A stretch of 64,000 bases of DNA from assembly GCA_958295675.1 (NCBI GenBank), contig OY282360.1, positions 594,026 to 658,025 on the forward strand. Direction: 5' to 3'. Position 1 is the first letter of the stretch. The number at the start of each line of letters is the position of its first letter. This stretch comes from Minisyncoccota bacterium. Lineage in GTDB: Bacteria > Patescibacteriota > Minisyncoccia > Phycocordibacterales > JABAAK01. The position numbers and the translations under genes are program-made. This document shows positions 11,418 through 21,022 of this stretch, in pieces. Under the pieces are notes generated by a model. The model was not told where the DNA came from and searched no databases. It saw only the letters and a list, made by a program, of their open reading frames with translations.

Positions 11418-13082
11418 TTAGTACATGCCGCCCATTCCCGGTGCGGGCATATCAGGTTTTTCAGGTTCCGGCTTGTCAGTAATCACCGCTTCCGTTGTCA
11501 GAAACATGCCGACTGTTGAAACTGCGTGCTGCAAACCGCCACGAGCAACTTTCACAGGGTCAATAATACCGCTTCGGAACATGTCATCCGTATAATCCCG
11601 CTTCAGCGCATCATATCCGCCTGAAGGTTGAGACATCAATCCGTTTCCGCCGCGCTCCTGCACCTGCCGCACAACTGCTTTTCCTTCTCCGTCACCGACA
11701 GCATTTTCCGCTATCTTGGCAAGCGGTGCTTCAAGAGCCGCAACAACGATGGTATATCCTTTTTCTTCATACTCATCATCCCAGTTCATCTTGCTTTTTT
11801 CCTCGCGCAAATGCTTCGCGATGTGAACAAACGCGGCACCGCCACCGGCTATAACCCCCTCCTCAAGAGCGGCTTTTGTGGCATTAACAGCATCCTCTAT
11901 CTTTAGTTTTAAATATTTCATTTCCGCTTCAGTCGCCGCGCCGACACGAATAACCGCGACTCCTCCTGAAAGTTTCGCTATGCGTTCCTGTATCTTCTCC
12001 AGTTCAAACTGCTGTTCAGTTTCAGCAAGCATATTCTCCAAAGAACGAACCCGCTCTGTGATTGCTGCCTGAGCATTTGAAGAGCCGACAATAATGGTGC
12101 TGTCTTTCTTTGAAACAATGCGAGTCGCGCGACCGAGCACTTCCGTGCCTATGGTCTCAAACGACATACCGGTATCCTGCGCGACGACAGTCGCTCCTAT
12201 AGTAGTGGCAATGTCACCGAGCAGCGCATTCTTTTTATCACCAAAACCCGGTGCTTTAATCGCAAGCACATTAAATGTTCCGCGGAGTTTATTGAGCACA
12301 AATGTGGTGAGTGCTTCGCCATCCACATCATCGGCAATGATCACAAGATTCTTGTGCCCTGCCTGCGTCACCTTTTCCAAAAACGGCATGATATCCTTCA
12401 TGCTTGAAATCTTTTGATCGGTCACCAGTACGGCGATATCTTTATACTCCGCCTCAAATCGTTCAGGGTTGGTCATCATGTACGGAGAGATGTAGCCCTG
12501 ATCTATTTCAAGACCCTCAACCACCTCTGACTCAATGCCGAATGACTGCGATTCTTCAACAGTCACCACACCCTTATTGCCGACTTTCTGTACAGTTTCT
12601 GCAATAATTTTACCGAACTCCTCCGATTCAGCGGAAACTGACGCGATATGCACCACTTCCTCATCTTTTGAAACATTCCGCTTCATTTTATCAAGCTCCT
12701 GTTCCGCCATTGTATGAGCTTTTTCCATACCCCGCCGTACTGAAAGCGCGTTCACACCCTTATCTATCTGTTTCAATCCTTCTTCTATCATCGCATGCGC
12801 AAGCACAACTGATGTGCTGGTGCCGTCCCCGGCAAGCTCGTTTGTTTTATTAGCAACCTCTTTGATAATCTCCGCGCCGACATTTTCAAACTGATCCTCC
12901 AAGGTAATATCCCGAGCAATTGAAACGCCGTCATTGGTGATAGTAGGACCACCGAAGGACTTCTGGAGCGCGACATTTCTGCCGAACGGACCGAGTGTTA
13001 CACCGACAGCATCCGCGACAGCGTCAACGCCTTTTTTCATTTTTGCCCGCGCCTCTTCATGAAATATAATTTCCTTTGCCAT
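11418..13082 (-). CDS. groL: Chaperonin GroEL
   Basis: TLGP, TNDGV, AGDGT and KAPGFGD motifs; GGM tail. Confidence 0.99.
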   Translation of the reverse strand: MAKEIIFHEEARAKMKKGVDAVADAVGVTLGPFGRNVALQKSFGGPTITNDGVSIARDITLEDQFENVGAEIIKEVANKTNELAGDGTSTSVVLAHAMIEEGLKQIDKGVNALSVRRGMEKAHTMAEQELDKMKRNVSKDEEVVHIASVSAESEEFGKIIAETVQKVGNKGVVTVEESQSFGIESEVVEGLEIDQGYISPYMMTNPERFEAEYKDIAVLVTDQKISSMKDIMPFLEKVTQAGHKNLVIIADDVDGEALTTFVLNKLRGTFNVLAIKAPGFGDKKNALLGDIATTIGATVVAQDTGMSFETIGTEVLGRATRIVSKKDSTIIVGSSNAQAAITERVRSLENMLAETEQQFELEKIQERIAKLSGGVAVIRVGAATEAEMKYLKLKIEDAVNATKAALEEGVIAGGGAAFVHIAKHLREEKSKMNWDDEYEEKGYTIVVAALEAPLAKIAENAVGDGEGKAVVRQVQERGGNGLMSQPSGGYDALKRDYTDDMFRSGIIDPVKVARGGLQHAVSTVGMFLTTEAVITDKPEPEKPDMPAPGMGGMY

Positions 13083-13087
13083 ATACT

Positions 13088-13393
13088 TTAATTATCGTTA
13101 TCGTTATTCAATATACCGAGTAAACTGCTTTCACTGACTAAATGGTATTCTTTTCCGCCGGTTTCCACCTTTTCGCCCCATGAAAAAATGACTTTTTGTC
13201 CTGCCGCAACTTTCGGCTTTATAACAGTGCCGTTGTCAGTTTCCCGCCCGGGACCGACTGCAATAACGGTGCCAATATTACTTTCTCCCCCGTCCGGGTT
13301 TTTCGGCAGAATAATACCGGATCGTACCTCTTCTCCTTTTTCCGCTTTCTCCACAAGTACACGATCCCCCAATGGTGTGATTGGTGTGCTCAT
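13088..13393 (-). CDS. groS: Co-chaperonin GroES
   Basis: PLGDRVLV, SGIILP and AVGPG motifs. Confidence 0.98.
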   Translation of the reverse strand: MSTPITPLGDRVLVEKAEKGEEVRSGIILPKNPDGGESNIGTVIAVGPGRETDNGTVIKPKVAAGQKVIFSWGEKVETGGKEYHLVSESSLLGILNNDNDN

Positions 13394-13645
13394 TTTCTGA
13401 TTATATAGTACCTACTAATAATATGTATAATATATTAAACACAATACATACCTCTTACTCCGCATCAAAACTCATTTCACCTCAATACAATCACATTTTC
13501 ATCAAAAAAGGTATATACCACACAAAAGTATATACAAAAAGATGAGGAAATGCAAGAAAATATACTAGATAACAGATACATATGTATGTAAAACAATCTT
13601 GAGCTGGGTATCAACCGACAAAAGCGATGTGATATAATTAACAGT

Positions 13646-13876
13646 ATGGATATCGCATTCATCATACAGGCGGTGCAAGTCGTCAGTGCTGTGCTGCTTA
13701 TCATTGCCATACTTCTGCTTCGCAGTGAGGCAAGTGTCGGCGGCGCATTCGGCGGAGACAATATAACTGAAGGAGGCGGTGTACGGCGACGGGGTTCTGA
13801 GAAAATCATGTTTATCGGCACTGTGATCCTGGCAGTTGTATTCGTGGTAAGTATCGCTCTTCCGCTTGTTGTGTAA
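13646..13876 (+). CDS. secG: Preprotein translocase subunit SecG
   Basis: Two TM segments flanking GGAFGG...RRGSEK. Confidence 0.9.
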   Translation: MDIAFIIQAVQVVSAVLLIIAILLLRSEASVGGAFGGDNITEGGGVRRRGSEKIMFIGTVILAVVFVVSIALPLVV

Positions 13877-13957
13877 TACAATATAAACATCCCGACAGAC
13901 ACTGTATACTAAGAGTGTGCGTGATACAATTATCGCATTTCACACTGCTATATTACA

Positions 13958-15700
13958 ATGAATTCTTTCTCATCGTTTCGCCCGCATGCGGGAATGTACA
14001 GCAAACTGCCACTGTCAGATGCGCTCATTATTATTATGCTTTTAGCAATACTGTCCGCTAACTTACTGGCAGTAATACACATTCTCAACAACTTTTTGGT
14101 GGCTGAAATACCGATACGCCACAGTACTATCAACGAAGGCATTGTCGGCGTGCCGGTACACAAAAATCCCTTGTTCGCGACATCAATAGTGGAACAGGAT
14201 ATTGCCGCACTCACGCACGCAGGTTTGTTGCAGCGAAATATGAACGGTGTGTTCACACCGCAACTCGCGGCTGACTGGAAACAAGACAGCAAGAATCAAT
14301 ATACACTGCACCTCAGAAAAAATGTGTTCTTCCATGACGGCACACCGCTCACGACCGCGGATGTGCTGTACACAATTAGAATAATCGGACTGCTGCCCGA
14401 GAAAAACGAGTATAGAATAGCATGGAATGGCGTTGAGGTCTCAGCACCGGATGAGCATACCGTTATTGTGACTGTGCCGGAAGGCAATCTGCACTTCCCC
14501 GAAGGATTCACCGTACCGATATTGCCGAAACATATCTGGCAGAAAATTCCGGAAGAGGACTGGCAGAAGTACAAAGGATCAGGAGCATACACGGGAGCGG
14601 GACCGTACATGCACCGAAGCGAAACACTGACTATGGATGAGCGGCTCACAACGCTAACACTGGAAGAATTCCCAGGATATGCACTCGGACGCCCGTACGT
14701 TGAAAAGATTACCTTTCATTTTTTCGCAACTCCGTCTGAACTGCTCAAAGCGTACACAAACGGCACCATCAATGCGCTTCACAGTATCGCACCGGCAGAA
14801 GTTGCCGCGTTGATGCGGCAGAACGAAACCGATCATACAGTGTATACCGCGCGGACAAATCGTATATTCGGTATATTTTTTAATGCAGGAGACGGTCGGA
14901 CCCTGGAGAACCCGTTTCTCAGAAGTATTCTCGCACAGAGGATTCAACGAGAACATATAGTCACCAATATATTCCAGGAACAGGCAACCGCGATACAGGG
15001 ACCGCTCGCCACGGATGAAGACATAAAAGAGCAGCATATTACAACCGAGGAGATACAACAGACACTTGAAGATATCGGATGGAAATTTGACGGAGCAAGC
15101 GGATACCGGGAAAAAGACGGTGTACCGCTCCGCCTGTCATTCGTGTTTCCCGATATTGAGGAAATGCGGCAAATCGCCGAGATACTCGTGACTGAATGGA
15201 AAAAATTCGGTGTGGATATTGAAATGCGCGCATTGCCGCAGATTGTGATGAAAAATATCATTGACGAAAGACAGTTTGATATAATCCTCCACGGCTACAC
15301 AGCGGAAAAACCGAAAAATCTCGGAAATCTCTGGAAATCAGGCGATGAAAATAATATTGCATCGCTGATTAGTTTCGGCAGTCCGACACTTAATTCCCTG
15401 CTTGAGGAATTAGAACATTCTTCCCCGCCGGAACGATATGCTGAAAAAGCAGACGAAATGAATGATAGCACATGGCGTAAAATGGTGTATACTGATATTA
15501 AAGTAGAGATGAAAAAAAGTGTACCCGCTGTCTTTCTCTATTCACCACACTTTCTGTATATACTGCCGGGTAACATTATCAGTGATGATTTGCGGAATAC
15601 CCATCAAAACCGCATAACAAAACCGAGGGATCGATTCAGCGCAGTACACAAGTGGCATACCAAAAAAGAAAAAGTATGGAAATTCCTGGTAAAGGAATAA
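13958..15700 (+). CDS. ABC transporter substrate-binding protein (peptide/nickel family 5)
   Basis: LRKNVFFHDGTPLTTADV, PILPKHIW and GAGPY motifs; N-terminal membrane anchor. Confidence 0.88.
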   Translation: MNSFSSFRPHAGMYSKLPLSDALIIIMLLAILSANLLAVIHILNNFLVAEIPIRHSTINEGIVGVPVHKNPLFATSIVEQDIAALTHAGLLQRNMNGVFTPQLAADWKQDSKNQYTLHLRKNVFFHDGTPLTTADVLYTIRIIGLLPEKNEYRIAWNGVEVSAPDEHTVIVTVPEGNLHFPEGFTVPILPKHIWQKIPEEDWQKYKGSGAYTGAGPYMHRSETLTMDERLTTLTLEEFPGYALGRPYVEKITFHFFATPSELLKAYTNGTINALHSIAPAEVAALMRQNETDHTVYTARTNRIFGIFFNAGDGRTLENPFLRSILAQRIQREHIVTNIFQEQATAIQGPLATDEDIKEQHITTEEIQQTLEDIGWKFDGASGYREKDGVPLRLSFVFPDIEEMRQIAEILVTEWKKFGVDIEMRALPQIVMKNIIDERQFDIILHGYTAEKPKNLGNLWKSGDENNIASLISFGSPTLNSLLEELEHSSPPERYAEKADEMNDSTWRKMVYTDIKVEMKKSVPAVFLYSPHFLYILPGNIISDDLRNTHQNRITKPRDRFSAVHKWHTKKEKVWKFLVKE

Positions 15701-15729
15701 GCGGGATGGCAATCGCAAGCAACTATACA

Positions 15730-17544
15730 ATGGCAATCATAAACAGAAATACAATCAGAAGAAGGAACACCGCACGCGACAGACAATCGCCCGGACGACG
15801 CATGAAACAGCCGGAAAGAACAAGACAATCCGCACCGCAAAAGAAAAATTCCTTCATACCGAAACCAAGACCCGGTGAGATACGAACACTTATCCTCGGC
15901 GGAGTGTCAGAAATCGGTAAAAATATGTACGCTGTTGAGTACAACGATTCCATAGTAGTATTTGAATGCGGCACTATGTTCGGCGAAAGCACAACACCGG
16001 GTATCAGCACAATAATGCCGAATATAGAATATCTGAAAGAAAGGAAACAAAGCGTGCGCGCATTGGTGGTAAGCGATGCGTCAATGGCGCATATCGGTGC
16101 CATTCCGCACGCGATTCGCGATATCGGCAATCCGACCGTATACTGTCGCACGCTTACCAAAGCAGTTATTGAAAGATATCAGGAAACTGTACGACGCGCT
16201 CCCACGCCTTCATTCTATGAAGTGAAAAAATCAGAAACTGTAAAAATAGCGGATGACATACTGCTGCATTTTTTCGGCATCTCGGATGAAACACCCGGAA
16301 CACTTGGCATCATCATGGAAACAGAATCAGGATGCGTCGCATACACCGACGGCATGCGGGTAAAAAACACAAACGGAGTGGTTGAACCGAAAGAGGAAGA
16401 AAGATTTAAGGTCCTGAGAGAAAAAGAAGTGGTGCTCTCAATAGCGGGATCCGTCAATGCTGAGCGACCGGGGTTCTCTATGAGCGACAAAGAAATTGCG
16501 GAAAAAATAACGCACATCCTGAAAGAAGCACCGAATCGAACATTTCTCCCTCTCTTCCCTTCTCAAATACAGAGAAACGGATTGATTTTAGAAGCTGCTC
16601 TCAAACTCGGCAAAAAAATATTCGTACAAAGCGTATTCCTTCTGAAAAACCTGGAAACAGCATGCGATCTCGGTCTTATCTCAATACCGAAAGAGGCAAT
16701 CATTCCTATTGATGAACTTCAGAATGAAAGTGATGGCAGTAACGATCTTATCGTGCTGGGTGCCGCGGAAAATGAAGAGTACGACATGCTTGAGAAAATG
16801 TCACAGGAAGCGTACAGCCACACATCAGTAATGAAAGAGGATACAATGATATTCCCGTCCCCTGTTATTCCGACAAATGCGCGATCCACACAAAATCTCA
16901 AAGACCGTTTGTCCCGTCTCGGCGCGATAATTCAGTCATATGACACGAGCGATGTAAAGGCGAGTATTCATGCCGGTAAGGATGAATTGCATTGGATACA
17001 CCAGCGGGCAAATCCGAAGTACTTCATACCCGTTCAGGGGTACCACTACATGCTCACGGCACATACGCACATACTTCGCGATATCGGCATGTCTCCGGAC
17101 TCATGTGTGATTCCTGAAAACGGATCAATCATTGACATCAGTCAGGACAACAAGATAATCAAAAGACAAAAACAACGGCTGTCGGTATCACCGGTATCCG
17201 TGGACGGACATACCCCGACACTCGTGCATGATGTCGTGGTGCAGGACAGAAAAACACTCGCGCAGGAAGGGATACTCATCGTGGTAGTATTTATCAATCA
17301 AAAGAAACTTGAGCTCAGAAAATCACCCGATATTCTTTCCCGTGGTTTTATATATCTGAGAGAATCACGGGATCTTATCGCCCGTATTCGTCTCGTCATC
17401 AAAAAAGTCACGGAAAAAGAAGCGCAGGAACACGGAAAGGTTGATATAGATACGATGAAAAAAGCGATACAAAAAGAAGCGCAAAACTTTCTGGTGAACG
17501 AAACAAATAAAAAACCGATTATTATCCCTGTCATATTCACATAA
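15730..17544 (+). CDS. Ribonuclease J-like protein with degenerate metal-binding motifs
   Basis: GGVSEIGKNM, beta-CASP and SRGFIY C-terminal domain are present, but HxHxDH reads DASMAH and other ligands are lost. Start could be 15706. Confidence 0.88.
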   Translation: MAIINRNTIRRRNTARDRQSPGRRMKQPERTRQSAPQKKNSFIPKPRPGEIRTLILGGVSEIGKNMYAVEYNDSIVVFECGTMFGESTTPGISTIMPNIEYLKERKQSVRALVVSDASMAHIGAIPHAIRDIGNPTVYCRTLTKAVIERYQETVRRAPTPSFYEVKKSETVKIADDILLHFFGISDETPGTLGIIMETESGCVAYTDGMRVKNTNGVVEPKEEERFKVLREKEVVLSIAGSVNAERPGFSMSDKEIAEKITHILKEAPNRTFLPLFPSQIQRNGLILEAALKLGKKIFVQSVFLLKNLETACDLGLISIPKEAIIPIDELQNESDGSNDLIVLGAAENEEYDMLEKMSQEAYSHTSVMKEDTMIFPSPVIPTNARSTQNLKDRLSRLGAIIQSYDTSDVKASIHAGKDELHWIHQRANPKYFIPVQGYHYMLTAHTHILRDIGMSPDSCVIPENGSIIDISQDNKIIKRQKQRLSVSPVSVDGHTPTLVHDVVVQDRKTLAQEGILIVVVFINQKKLELRKSPDILSRGFIYLRESRDLIARIRLVIKKVTEKEAQEHGKVDIDTMKKAIQKEAQNFLVNETNKKPIIIPVIFT

Positions 17545-17548
17545 CACT

Positions 17549-19435
17549 ATGAGAGAGAAAACGACAATTAAAAAAAGCGCGCCAGAGCAAAAAAAACAAT
17601 CAGCGACAACGGTGAAACAGAAAGCGAGCGAAAATGAAAAACAAAAAGTACCGCGAGGATTGTACCAAAAGCCAATTCGCCGTCAGGGCGGACTTATCGG
17701 ATCCCGGGAACTGACTATGGGTTCTGAAACAGAATCCACACTCACTATACCAAAACAGGAAAAAGGTTCTGTCCGTGTACTTTTCTTCGGCGGTGTCGGC
17801 GAAATAGGTAAAAACATGTACGCCATTGAACTTGAGGACGATATACTCATCATGGATTGCGGCCTTAAATTTTCTGAAGAAGACACGCCTGGTGTTGACT
17901 TCCTGGTGCCGAATGTGCAGTACCTCGAAGAAAGAAAAGAAAAAATACGAGGCATAGTTATTTCTCACGCTCACCTCGACCACATCGGCGGGATATCAGT
18001 ATTAATGGAAAAACTCGGAAACCCGCCGATATTCTCAAGAAGACTCAGTATTGAACTCATTAAAAACAGGCAGGGTGAATTTGAGAGTAAAGAGCCAATC
18101 GTCTACCACGAAGTTGAAAAAAACACTGTACTGAAACTGACTGAAAATCTGACACTGACCTTCTTCGCCGTTACACATACTATTCCCGACTCAATGGGCA
18201 TAATCATTGATACTCCGGCGGGAATAATCACTTTTACCGGCGATCTGAAACTGACACACATAGACGGTGTCGTCAGCAAGGAAGAAGAAAGCGAATTTTC
18301 CGTCTTCAAAAAGAAAAAAGTGCTGCTGACCATGGCAGATTCAACCAATGCGGACCGCCCCGGCTTTTCTCTGCCTGAAAGCAGGGTTATTGAAACAATC
18401 GGAAAAATTATACGCCAAACAAAAGGATGTATTATTCTTTCATCTTTCTCTTCACAGATAGAACGAACAATACAAGTTATTGAACATGCCATAGCGGACG
18501 GAAGAAAGGTGATCGTTCAAGGACGATCAATGATAACCAATCTTACCATCGCCTCAGGAATGGGATTATTAAAAATGCCTATGAGTTCCATCATACCGAT
18601 AGAAAAGATGGGTGATTACCCAAGAGAGAAAATATTGGTGCTTGCGACCGGCGCGCAGGGCGATAACTTCACCGCGCTTGACCGCATGTCCCGTGAAGCA
18701 CATCGACACATGAAACTCGGGCGGGATGATACTGTGGTCTTTTCATCATCGGTCATTCCCGGCAATGAAGAGCCGGTGCAGAACCTCAAGGACCGTCTGT
18801 CCCGCCTCGGCGTGAACCTTATCACATACCAAACAAGTGATGTTCACTCAAGCGGTCACGCGAATCGGGACGAGTTGAAGTGGATACACGAACACATCAA
18901 TGCGAAGTTTTTCCTGCCTATACACGGATACCACTACATGCTGTCAGCACACGCGCAGATTCTGCACGATATAGGCATGGCGGAGGAAAACACTGTACTT
19001 CCCGATAACGGATCAATAATTGATATCAGTCCGGACGGGAAAACAATAACAAAACAAGAGTACACCATGCCGACAAAACTGACTGTTGTGGACGGAAATG
19101 CCGTCGGCACGGTGCAAAACATCGTCCTCAGCGACCGAAAGATTTTGAAGGAAGACGGTATTTTTGTTGTTATTGTACTGATAAATCAAAGGAACAAAAG
19201 AGTAAAGAAGTCCCCCGACATCATATCCAGGGGTTTTATATATCTGAAAGAATCCCAACAAATAGTGAACAGGGCAAGATTTGTCGCAAAAAAATCAGCT
19301 GAACAAAATATGCAGCGAGGCAAATCAATCAATATTGAAAATTTGAAACGATCCATAAACAGGGAAATACAGAACTTCCTGTATTCCGAGACAAAAAAGC
19401 GACCGATCGTGATGTCTGTGGTGTATGTACAGTAA
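17549..19435 (+). CDS. rnj: Ribonuclease J
   Basis: GGVGEIGKNM, DCG, SHAHLDHIG, HTIPD, TGD, DSTN, HSSGH and PIHG motifs all intact. Confidence 0.96.
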   Translation: MREKTTIKKSAPEQKKQSATTVKQKASENEKQKVPRGLYQKPIRRQGGLIGSRELTMGSETESTLTIPKQEKGSVRVLFFGGVGEIGKNMYAIELEDDILIMDCGLKFSEEDTPGVDFLVPNVQYLEERKEKIRGIVISHAHLDHIGGISVLMEKLGNPPIFSRRLSIELIKNRQGEFESKEPIVYHEVEKNTVLKLTENLTLTFFAVTHTIPDSMGIIIDTPAGIITFTGDLKLTHIDGVVSKEEESEFSVFKKKKVLLTMADSTNADRPGFSLPESRVIETIGKIIRQTKGCIILSSFSSQIERTIQVIEHAIADGRKVIVQGRSMITNLTIASGMGLLKMPMSSIIPIEKMGDYPREKILVLATGAQGDNFTALDRMSREAHRHMKLGRDDTVVFSSSVIPGNEEPVQNLKDRLSRLGVNLITYQTSDVHSSGHANRDELKWIHEHINAKFFLPIHGYHYMLSAHAQILHDIGMAEENTVLPDNGSIIDISPDGKTITKQEYTMPTKLTVVDGNAVGTVQNIVLSDRKILKEDGIFVVIVLINQRNKRVKKSPDIISRGFIYLKESQQIVNRARFVAKKSAEQNMQRGKSINIENLKRSINREIQNFLYSETKKRPIVMSVVYVQ

Positions 19436-19457
19436 TAAGTACTGAACACTTTTCCGC

Positions 19458-20282
19458 TCATTCAATCAGATAATACCTATTATTCCGTTTTTCAACAATC
19501 CCGTCGGAAACAAGTCCGGCAAGTGCTTCTGTTACTTTCTCAGATTGAACGCCGGACAGATTTTTAGAAGAAAGACCATTCGTGTGTTCCAAACACAGGC
19601 GAAGCAATTCGCCTCGCGCCTGTCTGACAGAGCCGGCAAATTTTTTCTGTTTTGTATACTGCTTGCTTCGCGTATTCATGGCAACGCCGGATTGTTTCAG
19701 ATACGATCCATAATCCATGAGCGCGCTGTAGAACACGCGGGGACCCGTGCGTTTCCGACCCGCATCCCGCATCATAGGTTCCACAAACTGCTTAACAACT
19801 GTATCATCAACATCCTGATCTTCCGGTATGCAATGATGAAACACCACAGTCCGTATATTTGTTTCAACCACAACCGCATCCATATCGTATGCAAAAATCA
19901 TCACAGCACCGGCAGTATATTCACCGATACCGGGAAGCGTGAGGAGTATTTCCTTCTCTTTCGGAATTAAACCATTATGAGTGTCAACAACTATCTTCGC
20001 GGCATTGTGCAGAGCAATCGCTCGCCTGTTGTATCCCAGACCGCTCCATAGCGCAAGCACATCACGCCTGTCCGCTCCGGCAAGTTTTTGTACGGTCGGA
20101 AATTTTTTCAGAAACATATAATACTTCGGCACAACACGATCGGTTTGCGTTTGTTGCAGCATATATTCGGAAACCAAAATATGGTACGGATTATTCGTTT
20201 CCCGCCACGGAAATGACCGCCCATTCTGACGATAGTATGAAAAAATAATATCAACAACATCCGACAACTCTTTCTTTCGCAT
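19458..20282 (-). CDS. mutY: A/G-specific adenine glycosylase (short form)
   Basis: FPWR, VSEYMLQQTQ, WSGLGYNRRA and LPGIGEYTA motifs. Confidence 0.9.
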   Translation of the reverse strand: MRKKELSDVVDIIFSYYRQNGRSFPWRETNNPYHILVSEYMLQQTQTDRVVPKYYMFLKKFPTVQKLAGADRRDVLALWSGLGYNRRAIALHNAAKIVVDTHNGLIPKEKEILLTLPGIGEYTAGAVMIFAYDMDAVVVETNIRTVVFHHCIPEDQDVDDTVVKQFVEPMMRDAGRKRTGPRVFYSALMDYGSYLKQSGVAMNTRSKQYTKQKKFAGSVRQARGELLRLCLEHTNGLSSKNLSGVQSEKVTEALAGLVSDGIVEKRNNRYYLIE

Positions 20283-20314
20283 ATACATACACAGTGTAAC
20301 AAAATAATACAGCA

Positions 20315-20925
20315 AATGAAAACCCCCGGCGACCCGAGGTTGAAACAGGGTAGCCGAGGGGCTTAAGCGCGCTTTTATTGTGCGCAACTTTTTTAATCGC
20401 GTCATATGTGACAACGATTAAACATCTTCATGTGGACTTATATGTATCTCACATAAATGATATGTGTGCGATTCTAAGCGCGAGAAAAGAAAAGATGCGG
20501 CAACAGTTACAATAAAACTTATCAATCCGTGTTCACGCCTTGAGTGACTGCGAACCTTGGAAACAGCAATTCTGTCTTTGTAACAGAAATTGCTCATGCC
20601 TAACCATCCTGTCTTCAGACAAAGATATATCCTCGGCAAAAAATTTCATGTTCACTGATTTCTGACGCAATCTTTTCGCGCAGCGCAGATTAAATGCGCA
20701 TACGCTATTCAACGGGACTTTCGGTCACCGTCGTTAGGCGAGGTTATACGAAATAACACTCGCAGAAAAGATAAAGAACAAACACATTTTTTGATGTTAA
20801 AGATCAACTGGCGGGATGAGCAGGTCACCTGTTCTGGTGAAGTACGCTCGTTATGCTGTCTGTCATAGAGTTTTCTAATTTCATATAGAACTCTATATTT
20901 TTAGACAAATCACTTACCCGTCTAC
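20315..20925 (-). ncRNA. Candidate ~600-nt highly structured RNA (unknown family)
   Basis: No credible ORF; promoter-like TTGTCC-18-TACTCT; boxA-like TGATCTTTAACA; about 10 hairpins plus nested long-range helices; GC-rich terminal hairpin followed by TTTTCATTT. Confidence 0.65.
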
Positions 20926-21022
20926 CTATAGAGTACAACAAAAAATGGAATATGGACAACCCTTGTGGAAAACCGCTTGTGTCGCGGCAACTGCACGCAA
21001 AACAGGAACAGTAAAAGAAAAA

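Noticed and set aside
13394-13645. CIRCE operator upstream of groES
   Set aside because: No TTAGCACTC-N9-GAGTGCTAA here; only an isolated half-site-like TTAGCACT at 34201.
20315-20925. RNase P RNA or tmRNA
   Set aside because: No GAGGAAAGTCC P4 motif and no tRNA-like termini on either strand.
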